From: Parasporobacterium sp.
Lineage (GTDB): Bacteria; Bacillota; Clostridia; Lachnospirales; Lachnospiraceae
Direction: 5' to 3'
Assembly: GCA_017510065.1 (NCBI GenBank)
Contig: JAFWOB010000184.1
Coordinates: 4,671-68,670, forward strand
Length of the DNA: 64,000 bases
Part shown: positions 51,640 to 60,015 of the stretch, piece after piece
Layout of the letters: each line of letters starts with the position of its first letter
Numbering within the stretch: the first letter of the stretch is position 1
Notes under the pieces: model-generated
Databases searched by the model: none
Told to the model about the DNA's origin: nothing
What the model saw: the letters and a program-made list of their open reading frames with translations, nothing else
Translations under genes and position numbers: made by a program

Positions 51640-54048
51640 TTATCTCTTCATCAGCCAGCCCTTGATATCGGACACGCCGCGGTATTTCTCCACATTTCCT
51701 CCGTTCAGAAGGACCAGGGTCGGAGCCTGCTTAACGCCGTATTTTTCCACCAGCTGCTTTTCTTCATTGGCATTGAGCGCCTTATATCTTACGCCTGCCT
51801 TGTCCAGGATCGCGCCGGCAGCCCTGCAGTTCGGACAGGTCGGAGTCTTGAAGAGGATCGCTTCGAACTCATCTGCCGGAGCCGGATTCTTCCACTCCTT
51901 CTGAACCGCCGCCGTATCATGCACTTTCTCTACTGGCTCATCCACCGGTGCCGGATTCGGGCCTGTATGGGACAGAACGGATCTGCCGATATTGTAAACC
52001 TTGCGGTCCTTGTACTCCTGCGCCTTGCCGTCATTCCAGTTCTGCACCGGACGGTAGTATCCTGTAATACGGCTGTAGACTTCTGTCTTGGCGCCGCAGA
52101 TCGGGCAGGTGAACTGCTCTCCTGTCAGATAGCCATGATCCTTGCAGACGGAATACGTCGGGGACATGGTGTAATACGGCAGTTTATAGTTTTCCGCAAT
52201 CTTGCGCACCAGGTTGGCTGCGGCCTTCCAGTCCGGAAGCTTCTCACCCAGGAAGGCGTGGAAGACGGTACCTGAAGTATAAAGAGTCTGCAGATCATCC
52301 TGGATATCCAGTGCCGAGAATACATCTTCGGTATAACCGACCGGCAGGTGGGAAGAGTTCGTATAATACGGCGTTCCGTTCATATTGGCCGTAATGATAT
52401 CCGGGAACTGCTCCTTGTCGTGTTTTGCAAACCGGTATGTGGTGGACTCTGCCGGAGTCGCTTCCAGGTTGTACAGGTCACCGTACATCTCCTGATAATC
52501 GGACAGGCGTTCTCTCATATGATTCAGCACGTCTCTCGTAAACCGCTGTACTCTTGCGTCCGTCAGATCCGCGCGAAGCCATTTTGCATTCAGACCGACT
52601 TCGTTCATACCGATCAGGCCGATGGTGGAGAAGTGGTTGTTGAAGGTGCCCAGATACCGCTTGGTATATGGATACAGACCCTGCTCCAGAAGAGTGGTGA
52701 TAACGGTTCTCTTGGTCTTCAGGGATCTGGCGGCGATATCCATCAGGCTGTCCAGACGTTTGTAGAAGTCTGCTTCATCCGCTGCCAGGTAGGCGATACG
52801 GGGCATATTGATGGTCACGACGCCGATGGAACCTGTGGATTCGCCGGAACCGAAGAATCCGCCGGATTTCTTCCGAAGTTCCCGAAGGTCCAGACGCAGT
52901 CTGCAGCACATGGAACGGACATCGGAAGGCTCCATATCGGAGTTGATGTAATTGGAGAAATACGGTGTGCCGTATTTCGCTGTCATTTCAAAGAGCAGCT
53001 TGTTGTTCTCGGTTTCGCTCCAGTCGAAATCCCGTGTGATGGAATAGGTCGGGATCGGATACTGGAACCCGCGGCCGTTGGCATCGCCTTCGATCATGAT
53101 CTCGATGAAGGCCTTGTTGACCATATCCATCTCTTTCTGGCAGTCCCCGTAGGTGAAATCCATCTCTTTTCCACCGATGATCGCATTCAGGTTCTTCAGG
53201 TCATTGGGAACCGTCCAGTCCAGAGTAATGTTGGAGAACGGAGCCTGTGTACCCCATCTGCTCGGTGTATTCACGCCGTAAACAAAGGACTGGATGCACT
53301 GCTTCACTTCCTTTTGGGAAAGGTTGTCTACCTTTACGAAAGGAGCCAGATAGGTGTCAAAGGAGGAGAATGCCTGTGCGCCTGCCCATTCATTCTGCAT
53401 GATTCCCAGGAAATTGACCATCTGGTTGCAGAGGGTGGACAGATGATTGGCCGGTGAAGAAGTGATCTTTCCGGGAACGCCGCCCAGACCTTCCTGGATC
53501 AGCTGCTTCAGGCTCCATCCTGCGCAGTATCCTGTCAGCATGGAAAGGTCGTGCAGATGGATCTCTGCTTTTCTGTGGGCTTGCGCGATCTCATCATCAT
53601 AAACTTCGCTGAGCCAGTAGTTGGCCGTGATCGCGCCGGAGTTGGACAGGATCAGACCGCCGACAGAATAGGTAACGGTGGAATTCTCCTTGACCCTCCA
53701 GTCATTGATCTTCAGATAATCGTCAACCAGGTCCTTGTAGTTTAACAGCGCGGAGTTGATATTACGCACTTTTTCCCGCTGTCTGCGGTAAAGGATATAT
53801 GCTTTGGCAACATCTGAGTAGCCGGACTCGGACAGAACCTTCTCCACGCTGTCCTGGATCTGTTCTACTGTGATCTTGTCATTTTCAATTTTGCTTTCGA
53901 AATCGGAAGTGACGTGCAGAGAGATCAGTTCGATCACGCTGGGATGATACTGTTTGTCCAGCGCTACAAATGCCTTGGTGATCGCGTTGCTGATCTTGCT
54001 GATATTAAAATCAACCACTTTTCCGTCTCTTTTGATTACTTGATACAT
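51640..54048 (-). CDS. nrdD: anaerobic (class III) ribonucleoside-triphosphate reductase fused to a C-terminal thioredoxin/glutaredoxin-fold CxxC domain
   Basis: 802 aa. ATP-cone N-terminus, NrdD core (SMCCRLRLD), Zn ribbon CPICG and glycyl-radical motif SRITGYYRPV. Then a 44-aa linker and a 73-aa domain AILFKTPTCPNCRAAG...APTLVLL. Confidence 0.9.
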   Translation of the reverse strand: MYQVIKRDGKVVDFNISKISNAITKAFVALDKQYHPSVIELISLHVTSDFESKIENDKITVEQIQDSVEKVLSESGYSDVAKAYILYRRQREKVRNINSALLNYKDLVDDYLKINDWRVKENSTVTYSVGGLILSNSGAITANYWLSEVYDDEIAQAHRKAEIHLHDLSMLTGYCAGWSLKQLIQEGLGGVPGKITSSPANHLSTLCNQMVNFLGIMQNEWAGAQAFSSFDTYLAPFVKVDNLSQKEVKQCIQSFVYGVNTPSRWGTQAPFSNITLDWTVPNDLKNLNAIIGGKEMDFTYGDCQKEMDMVNKAFIEIMIEGDANGRGFQYPIPTYSITRDFDWSETENNKLLFEMTAKYGTPYFSNYINSDMEPSDVRSMCCRLRLDLRELRKKSGGFFGSGESTGSIGVVTINMPRIAYLAADEADFYKRLDSLMDIAARSLKTKRTVITTLLEQGLYPYTKRYLGTFNNHFSTIGLIGMNEVGLNAKWLRADLTDARVQRFTRDVLNHMRERLSDYQEMYGDLYNLEATPAESTTYRFAKHDKEQFPDIITANMNGTPYYTNSSHLPVGYTEDVFSALDIQDDLQTLYTSGTVFHAFLGEKLPDWKAAANLVRKIAENYKLPYYTMSPTYSVCKDHGYLTGEQFTCPICGAKTEVYSRITGYYRPVQNWNDGKAQEYKDRKVYNIGRSVLSHTGPNPAPVDEPVEKVHDTAAVQKEWKNPAPADEFEAILFKTPTCPNCRAAGAILDKAGVRYKALNANEEKQLVEKYGVKQAPTLVLLNGGNVEKYRGVSDIKGWLMKR

Positions 54049-54145
54049 ATAGTATAAGCCTCCCCGGGATAGTATTTAACGCGCAGCATTTTCGAAGCAT
54101 CGCTCAAAAAGCCACGTCTTAAACCTTACCACGGGCAGACTTGTC

Positions 54146-54193
54146 TGTCAATATATTGTGGTGGAAATCAAAGATAAAAACTATATATAGTGG
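54146..54193. promoter_or_regulatory. tandem NrdR boxes upstream of nrdD
   Basis: TGTCAATATATTGTGG (54146-61) and AAAACTATATATAGTGG (54177-93). Both are close to the acaCwAtATaTwGtgt palindrome. Centres are about 31 bp apart. Confidence 0.7.
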
Positions 54194-54259
54194 TCTCAGT
54201 AAAATTTGTCTATTTTTGACAATTGACGAAAGGAGTGCTGCATGCTTTCGTTTTGCCTG

Positions 54260-54949
54260 TCAGGTTCCCCGGATCTGTACCCTCTTTACATATCCCTGCA
54301 GGATCTTCTGATAGGTGAGAAGCTTCTCCGGATCCGGAGCATGAAAGCCTTCAAACGGTACGGAATCTCTGTCGGTGAAACTTTGCAGGAAATGACACTC
54401 TGCCCCTTTGATCAGTTCTCCGATCCCGTAAAAATCCTCCTCTTCATGAAGCGGTTCTGCCACCGTAGTCCGGAATTCAAAGTCGATGCCACTGTTCATC
54501 AGAAGGGAAATGCTTCTTCGGATCCTGCCGAGGTCGATGCTTTCCAACCCTGCGGTCTGCGCGTATTTATCGGGACTGTTTTTGATATCCATCGCAGCGT
54601 AATCCACAAGGCGCTCTTCCAGGATCTTCTGCAGCATCTCCGGATGATAGCCGTTGGTATCCAGCTTCACGGCAAAGCCCATATCCCGGATCTTTTTCAT
54701 CAGTTCCGGCAGGTCTTTGTGCAGGCAGGGTTCTCCTCCCGTGATGGCGACGCCATCCAGAAGTCCCCGGCGTTTTGACAGGAAATTCAGGAACTCCTCC
54801 TCTTCCATGACCGGCTGCGCCGTCCCGTCGATCAGTTCGTAATTGTGGCAGAAAGGGCAGCGGAAATCACACCCGCCCAGAAATATGGTGCAGGCTACAT
54901 GTTCCGGAAAATCCAGCAAGGTCATTTTCTGAAGTCCATGAAGTTTCAT
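54260..54949 (-). CDS. nrdG: anaerobic ribonucleotide reductase activating protein (radical SAM)
   Basis: 229 aa. Contains GGCDFRCPFCHN and GVAITGGEP. Confidence 0.9.
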   Translation of the reverse strand: MKLHGLQKMTLLDFPEHVACTIFLGGCDFRCPFCHNYELIDGTAQPVMEEEEFLNFLSKRRGLLDGVAITGGEPCLHKDLPELMKKIRDMGFAVKLDTNGYHPEMLQKILEERLVDYAAMDIKNSPDKYAQTAGLESIDLGRIRRSISLLMNSGIDFEFRTTVAEPLHEEEDFYGIGELIKGAECHFLQSFTDRDSVPFEGFHAPDPEKLLTYQKILQGYVKRVQIRGT

Positions 54950-54961
54950 TTCTTTCCCTCC

Positions 54962-55900
54962 TTAAACTGCCACCAGGATATGCAGGTTGCGGACCGTGGC
55001 ATCTGCGATGGAATCATTGACGGAGTAAGCATGTTTTTCCAGATCTCCGCAGATCGCTTTTGTAAGGTTCTGCTCCATCAGTTCATCGATCACATCGGCT
55101 GCGATCCCTTCGATCACATTGTATTTTTCTTCTGCCGCTTCCTCCCGGTTATCGGACGTGATCAGATATTCTAAAAGTTCCGCCTCGATGGAGAGGATGT
55201 CCAGTTCGCGCATGGCCCGGAAACTCCATTTATAATACGGCTGGTATTTTTTATTAAGAAGAAACACTGCCGCCATCGTGCTTTTCACAAATTCAAAGAC
55301 CGCCAGCTGGGCGGCGCCGTACTCCCCGTGGGCAATGGTACGGCGGTAGTTGTACTGTCCGGCCTGGGCCATCAAAAGCAAATGTCCCGCCAGCTTCTTG
55401 CGGCGGATGTCCTCCGGATAATAAGCCAGTCCCTTCCGGATCTTTGTGACTTCACCGTAATTGTCAAAATACAGCTCTCCGTTCACCGCTTCCGCCAGGG
55501 ACTGCTCCGGCAGGGACAGCCAGTCATTTACGGACAGGATGCCGCTTTCGCTTCCGGTTTTCTCTGCAAAGAATTCCGCTGTCCGTATCACGCCGTGCCG
55601 GGCTCCGCCTACCGGCTGCATCAGGGATCTTTTATAACCCATGAATTCTTTCGGAAGCTTTGCGTATGCGCGCTCCAGTAAAAAAGCACTCTTTCGGTCC
55701 ACGATCTCTTCGCCCGGCAGGAAAATGCAAAATCCCGGCTCCAGATCATGATCTGCCGAGATCTCATCGTCATAGCCGAAACATTCGGACCCGCTTCCGG
55801 TCAGTCCTGCCGCCAGATAAGGAAGCAGTTCCGGAAATCCTTCTAACATCTCTTTGCCGTATTCTTCATAAAATGCTTTTGACAGTTCCAGTCCTTTCAT
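54962..55900 (-). CDS. DUF4037-type (nucleotidyltransferase-fold-like) protein
   Basis: 312 aa. N-terminal LTGSGSECFGYDDEISADHD pattern. Overlaps the upstream TPR gene by 4 nt and lies 12 nt before nrdG. Confidence 0.65.
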   Translation of the reverse strand: MKGLELSKAFYEEYGKEMLEGFPELLPYLAAGLTGSGSECFGYDDEISADHDLEPGFCIFLPGEEIVDRKSAFLLERAYAKLPKEFMGYKRSLMQPVGGARHGVIRTAEFFAEKTGSESGILSVNDWLSLPEQSLAEAVNGELYFDNYGEVTKIRKGLAYYPEDIRRKKLAGHLLLMAQAGQYNYRRTIAHGEYGAAQLAVFEFVKSTMAAVFLLNKKYQPYYKWSFRAMRELDILSIEAELLEYLITSDNREEAAEEKYNVIEGIAADVIDELMEQNLTKAICGDLEKHAYSVNDSIADATVRNLHILVAV

Positions 55901-56763
55901 ACTTCTGCATCTCCGTCAGCATCATTTCGCCGGTAGATTTCTTCCGCCCGGCGGTTCAGCTCTTCTGCCTGCATGAAATACCCGTACCAGGAAAATGCCG
56001 GGGCACACTTCTCACACACGAAGGCGTAGTACCCGTCCCTGGGGGCACTGGTGGTATCCAGCAGTTCATAAGCTTTGTCCATGAAGGAATTGATCTGTTC
56101 CTCCGCTTCCTCCGGCCCCTTCTCATCTTCCGCCGCATTGGCCATATTGATGTAGGTGATCGCCTGCTCCAGTTCTCCGCCGGGTACTTTCTCCATGACG
56201 GACAGCGCTTTCTGATACAGTTCTCCTGCCCGTTCAAACTGCTTCAGGGACACACAGACGAGAGCCATATTGTTGTATAGGCCTCCCAGAAGCTGCGGAT
56301 CCGTACGGGAACTGGATTCGTAGACATCCTTCGCCTTTTCGAACAGCACGAGAGACTGTTCATTTTCTCCGAAGGCATTGTAAGCGGTGGCCACATTGGT
56401 ATAAGTCGTGCCGGCGCTGATGGTTCCTTCAAAATCCATTTCCTTCAGAAGATCCAGGGCTGCCCGGGCCTGTTCAAATGCCGCCTCTTTCTCGGCGGTT
56501 TTCCGATAATGCCCCACCAGCTCATTGCGGATCATCAGCTCGCCCCGCTGATCTCTGCCAAGTCTGGCTTCCTCCAGCCAGTAAAGAAGATGCCTCTGCG
56601 CTCCGGCGTAGTCCCTGCGGCTCATATACTCATCCATTTTCTCAATGATACGGCGCTGCGGAACGCTTTTTGCTGCAGGCTCCGCACCATAAGGCTCGTC
56701 GCAGAGCACACATCTGGGTTCTATATAATCTTCCGCTTTCAGGATGTTGGAATTCTCTGTCAT
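55897..56763 (-). CDS. tetratricopeptide-repeat protein
   Basis: Start moved to ATG 56763 (AAAGGAGA upstream; MTENSNILKAEDY). TPR-like helical repeats. The longer track ORF start lies inside the repeat cluster. Confidence 0.7.
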   Translation of the reverse strand: MTENSNILKAEDYIEPRCVLCDEPYGAEPAAKSVPQRRIIEKMDEYMSRRDYAGAQRHLLYWLEEARLGRDQRGELMIRNELVGHYRKTAEKEAAFEQARAALDLLKEMDFEGTISAGTTYTNVATAYNAFGENEQSLVLFEKAKDVYESSSRTDPQLLGGLYNNMALVCVSLKQFERAGELYQKALSVMEKVPGGELEQAITYINMANAAEDEKGPEEAEEQINSFMDKAYELLDTTSAPRDGYYAFVCEKCAPAFSWYGYFMQAEELNRRAEEIYRRNDADGDAEV

Positions 56764-56861
56764 GCGGATGGGTCTCCTTTCCTTTTTAAAGGGTTCCTTT
56801 TTTCGCTGCCTTCTATTGTACATGAAGTGCGTTCTGTTTTCCACTGGCATGTCGGAAATGG

Positions 56862-57104
56862 CTACATCAAATGCGACGCTATGCATGATTTTCGCCGGTC
56901 TTCTGTAACGTTTGTGACGCTATGCATGATTTTTTGCACTGTTTTCGATGGTATGCATGATTTCAGCCCCAAAAATCGGCGTAAATTGGCGTAAATCCAT
57001 GCATACCGTTCATTTCGCTGCAGCGGATTTTGGAAAATCGTGCATAGCGTTCATTTTGTTACAGCAAAGCCTTAAAAATCATGCATAGCCTCGTTTTTGT
57101 TACA
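56862..57104. repeat. clustered ~30-nt repeat family, locus 2 (3 direct + 3 inverted copies)
   Basis: Direct copies end in GACGCTATGCATGATTTT (56875-92), GTAACGTTTGTGACGCTATGCATGATTTT (56905-33) and ..GATGGTATGCATGATTT (56936-63). Inverted copies lie at 56993-57023, 57034-64 and 57075-104 (AAAATCATGCATAGCCTCGTTTTTGTTACA). They are homologous to the locus-1 units. Confidence 0.85.
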
Positions 57105-57110
57105 CCGTCC

Positions 57111-57166
57111 AAAAAAGGCAAATGCTTTTGCTGCAGCAAAGCCGCCGGATGAACCGGCGGCCTTGC
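57111..57166 (-). terminator. terminator after the 873-aa secreted protein gene
   Basis: Minus strand: GCAAGGCCGCCGG-uucau-CCGGCGGCUUUGC, then a small hairpin GCAAA/UUUGC, then CUUUUUU. Confidence 0.7.
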
Positions 57167-57202
57167 TTCTTCCTTCTATATAATGTTCTGCACGTCTATA
57201 GA

Positions 57203-59824
57203 TCACTGAGCCAGTGCTTCCTCCAACAGCGTCTGGAACTCGCCCAGATCAGGAACCATTTCATAGATGCTGAATCCGCCTTCTTTGTCAACCAGGTCTT
57301 TGATCACAGGCTGACCGTCTACCATTTCGTAGAACACATAAACGGTGATATCGCCTGCCATTTCACTGTAGGTATCTACTTCCACCACATCACCTTCCGG
57401 GAGTTCTTCCAGCGCAACGGGGCCTTCAGCCGGCTCTGCGGGAGCGCCTGCCGGTGCTTCTCCTTCCGGAGACTCTCCTTCAGGAGACTCTGCCGGAGCC
57501 TGCGCAGCTTCCGCTGCCGGATCGACCTGGATCAGACCGTTATCAAGGATCGTCACCTGACCGTTTACAACAGAAGTATCATCCACGTTCAGGACAGATA
57601 CATAAGAAGTCTCGGTGACATTCCAGACAGCGCCGTTCTTCAGAGTGACGATCATACCGTTGTTAACAGTTTCTGACGGATAGCAGGTTACGCGGCCAAG
57701 ATTCTCGCGGCATCCCAGGATACGGCCATCTTCTGTTTCGATCAGATCATCGCCGTACGGAAGAGATCTTTCAATGCCGTCAACCGCATGCTCGCACCAG
57801 CCGGAGGAAATGATACCGGTCAGTTCGGAATTGTCCAGTGTCAGGATCAGGTTCTTGGAAGTATACTGATGGCAGTTGAAAATGTCGCCTTCCAGAGCGG
57901 TATCGCCTATGCAGTCCTCAAAGTAAGCTTCGACTGCTGCATTGTACTGATAGCTGGAGTCTTCCGGCCACATCATCGTATTGGCCTTGCCCCAGAAATT
58001 CGTTTCCGTTACATCAAAGTTTTCATCCTTGCCGGCGATGCTGTCGTCGAAATCAACTTCCGTACCGCCCAGGGCACCCGGGTCATCGGAATCAAATGCA
58101 AGGACCAGCACCGGTGCATTGACGTCGCAGTTGCGCACATACAGGTTGGAGCCGGTTGCGCTGGCTACCATCATGCCACCGGAGGAGCCGCCGTCATCGC
58201 CGCCGTCGTCCAGCATCTCCTGGACATATCCCTCGCCGGTTCCCTTATAGACAAACGCGATCTCATCCGCATTCAGGACGGAATCCGCGCACATGGTAAT
58301 ACCGCCTGCATTGGAATGGCACATGACGATGCTCTTGCGGGCATTGACTGTGGTTCCGTTGACATAAGCAGATGAAGCGTATTCATTGGCTTCTACATTG
58401 CCGTAGTCCGCATTGACGACACAGTTAGAGTAAACGTTGATATTCGCACCGATCGAATAGGATGAATACCCGGTGCGTCCCTGATCCATGTCAAGGATAT
58501 CCAGTTCACTGTTGACCAGAGTATTTTTGCCCGGGAAATAATACAGCGAATAGTCGTTTGTCTGCGGAAGCGCTTCCAGAGCCTCTGCACTGTCTACAGC
58601 AGCCAGTGTTGCCAGATACTCATCGGTAAGGCCGGTTGCGGCAACTGCAAATTCATTGAGTTCCATGATCTCGCCGTCCGCATTGGCATAGCCTTCGCCT
58701 TCCACGTAGGCTGCGGTCAGCTCTGCCAGGTCGTCTGCCCACGGATATTCCGTTCCGTCAACGGACAGGCAGGCCCAGCCGAAGGACTGGATCAGAGTGT
58801 TGTAATAATATACATCATAATAATCGCAGAACTGGCAGGTACGTACCACGCCGTGAAGTCCCAGCACCCATACTGCGCAGTCTTCTCCTTCAATATCACC
58901 GGTAGAGGTCAGCTTACTGTCAGATACATAGATCGTCGGATAATTGTTTCTGTCAGACAGACCGCCGTACAGAACGGTACGGGTCACGCCGTCGCCGGTG
59001 CCTTCAAAGTTGCGGACATGAAGAACCGATGCGCCGGTAGCTGCGATGGCGCAGCCGTCTCCGGTAAAGTCATTGCCGCCGGATGCATGGTTGCCGGTCT
59101 GCAGGGTATGGAATTTGGAATCCTCGATCGCATACTCTCCGCCGGTTACCGTCACAACGCTGATGTTCGGGGCATCTGCCGTAATATCGGCATTTTTCAT
59201 GCCGTCCTCTGTGATCTCACCGTTCACGCCGGACTCTACTACCACCAGATTGTCTGTGTTTCTGGTGACCAGAGATTTGTTATGGAAATACTCTCCCTGC
59301 TCATTATGGCTGTCGGTCAGCGGAACTACTTCAAATACCACTTTGCCTTCGTAGGTTCCCGGAGCCTGGGTCACAACCTGGCCGTCCACGGTCATGATCA
59401 CGCCATAGCCTTCTTCCGGAATATAAAGATTGTCTTCTTCCAGGGTCACGCCGTCTTCAAATGTTAATGTTTCGGTGATCACCTGACCTACCAGCGGTTC
59501 CGGTGCAGCAGCTTCCTCTGATCCGCCGGGTGCGGATTCTCCGCCTTCCGATCCTCCTGCTGATTCACCGGCCGGTGCTTCCCCTGCCGGAGACTCGCCT
59601 TCCGGAGATTCCCCTTGCGGAGACTCACCCGGAGCTTCCCCTGCGGGAGATTCTCCCGGTGCCGCCTCTTCGGCGATGGCTTCCGGTGCCGCCTCTTCCT
59701 GCCCGCCTGCGATCACGAACCCATAGGTCTGCTCCGCAGCCGGCTGGGCCAGTGCAGGAACTGCCATCATGACTGTGACTGCCACAGCCAGAAGGAGCGC
59801 CAGCATTTTCTTCATCCCCTTCAT
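57203..59824 (-). CDS. large secreted protein of unknown function with (G/A)ESP(E/A)GE repeat linkers near both termini
   Basis: 873 aa. SD AAGGAGGG. Signal peptide MKGMKKMLALLLAVAVTVMMAVPALA. Repeats APGESPAGEAPGESPQGESPEGESPAGEAP (about 59509-59692) and APAESPEGESPEGEAPAGAP (about 57419-57523). The central region is Gly/Asn/Asp/Thr-rich and possibly beta-helical. Confidence 0.75.
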   Translation of the reverse strand: MKGMKKMLALLLAVAVTVMMAVPALAQPAAEQTYGFVIAGGQEEAAPEAIAEEAAPGESPAGEAPGESPQGESPEGESPAGEAPAGESAGGSEGGESAPGGSEEAAAPEPLVGQVITETLTFEDGVTLEEDNLYIPEEGYGVIMTVDGQVVTQAPGTYEGKVVFEVVPLTDSHNEQGEYFHNKSLVTRNTDNLVVVESGVNGEITEDGMKNADITADAPNISVVTVTGGEYAIEDSKFHTLQTGNHASGGNDFTGDGCAIAATGASVLHVRNFEGTGDGVTRTVLYGGLSDRNNYPTIYVSDSKLTSTGDIEGEDCAVWVLGLHGVVRTCQFCDYYDVYYYNTLIQSFGWACLSVDGTEYPWADDLAELTAAYVEGEGYANADGEIMELNEFAVAATGLTDEYLATLAAVDSAEALEALPQTNDYSLYYFPGKNTLVNSELDILDMDQGRTGYSSYSIGANINVYSNCVVNADYGNVEANEYASSAYVNGTTVNARKSIVMCHSNAGGITMCADSVLNADEIAFVYKGTGEGYVQEMLDDGGDDGGSSGGMMVASATGSNLYVRNCDVNAPVLVLAFDSDDPGALGGTEVDFDDSIAGKDENFDVTETNFWGKANTMMWPEDSSYQYNAAVEAYFEDCIGDTALEGDIFNCHQYTSKNLILTLDNSELTGIISSGWCEHAVDGIERSLPYGDDLIETEDGRILGCRENLGRVTCYPSETVNNGMIVTLKNGAVWNVTETSYVSVLNVDDTSVVNGQVTILDNGLIQVDPAAEAAQAPAESPEGESPEGEAPAGAPAEPAEGPVALEELPEGDVVEVDTYSEMAGDITVYVFYEMVDGQPVIKDLVDKEGGFSIYEMVPDLGEFQTLLEEALAQ

Positions 59825-59923
59825 AAATGTTCCCTCCTTTAAATAAAGTTCCCTTCTATATATGTGAAAAAACCATTTTTATAGTAACACTTTATTCAAG
59901 TAAACTCTATGGAAGCCCCTGAC

Positions 59924-59974
59924 AAAAAAAGACGGCTGTAAACAGCTTTTTTATCAAAAAGCATTTACAGCCGT
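59924..59974 (-). terminator. terminator after buk
   Basis: ACGGCTGTAAA...TTTACAGCCGT with an inner AGCTTTTT/AAAAAGC pairing. Followed by UUUUUUU on the minus strand. Confidence 0.75.
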
Positions 59975-60015
59975 AACAATTTGGCAATATTTAGTAAAAT
60001 TACCCTGTTCTTATC

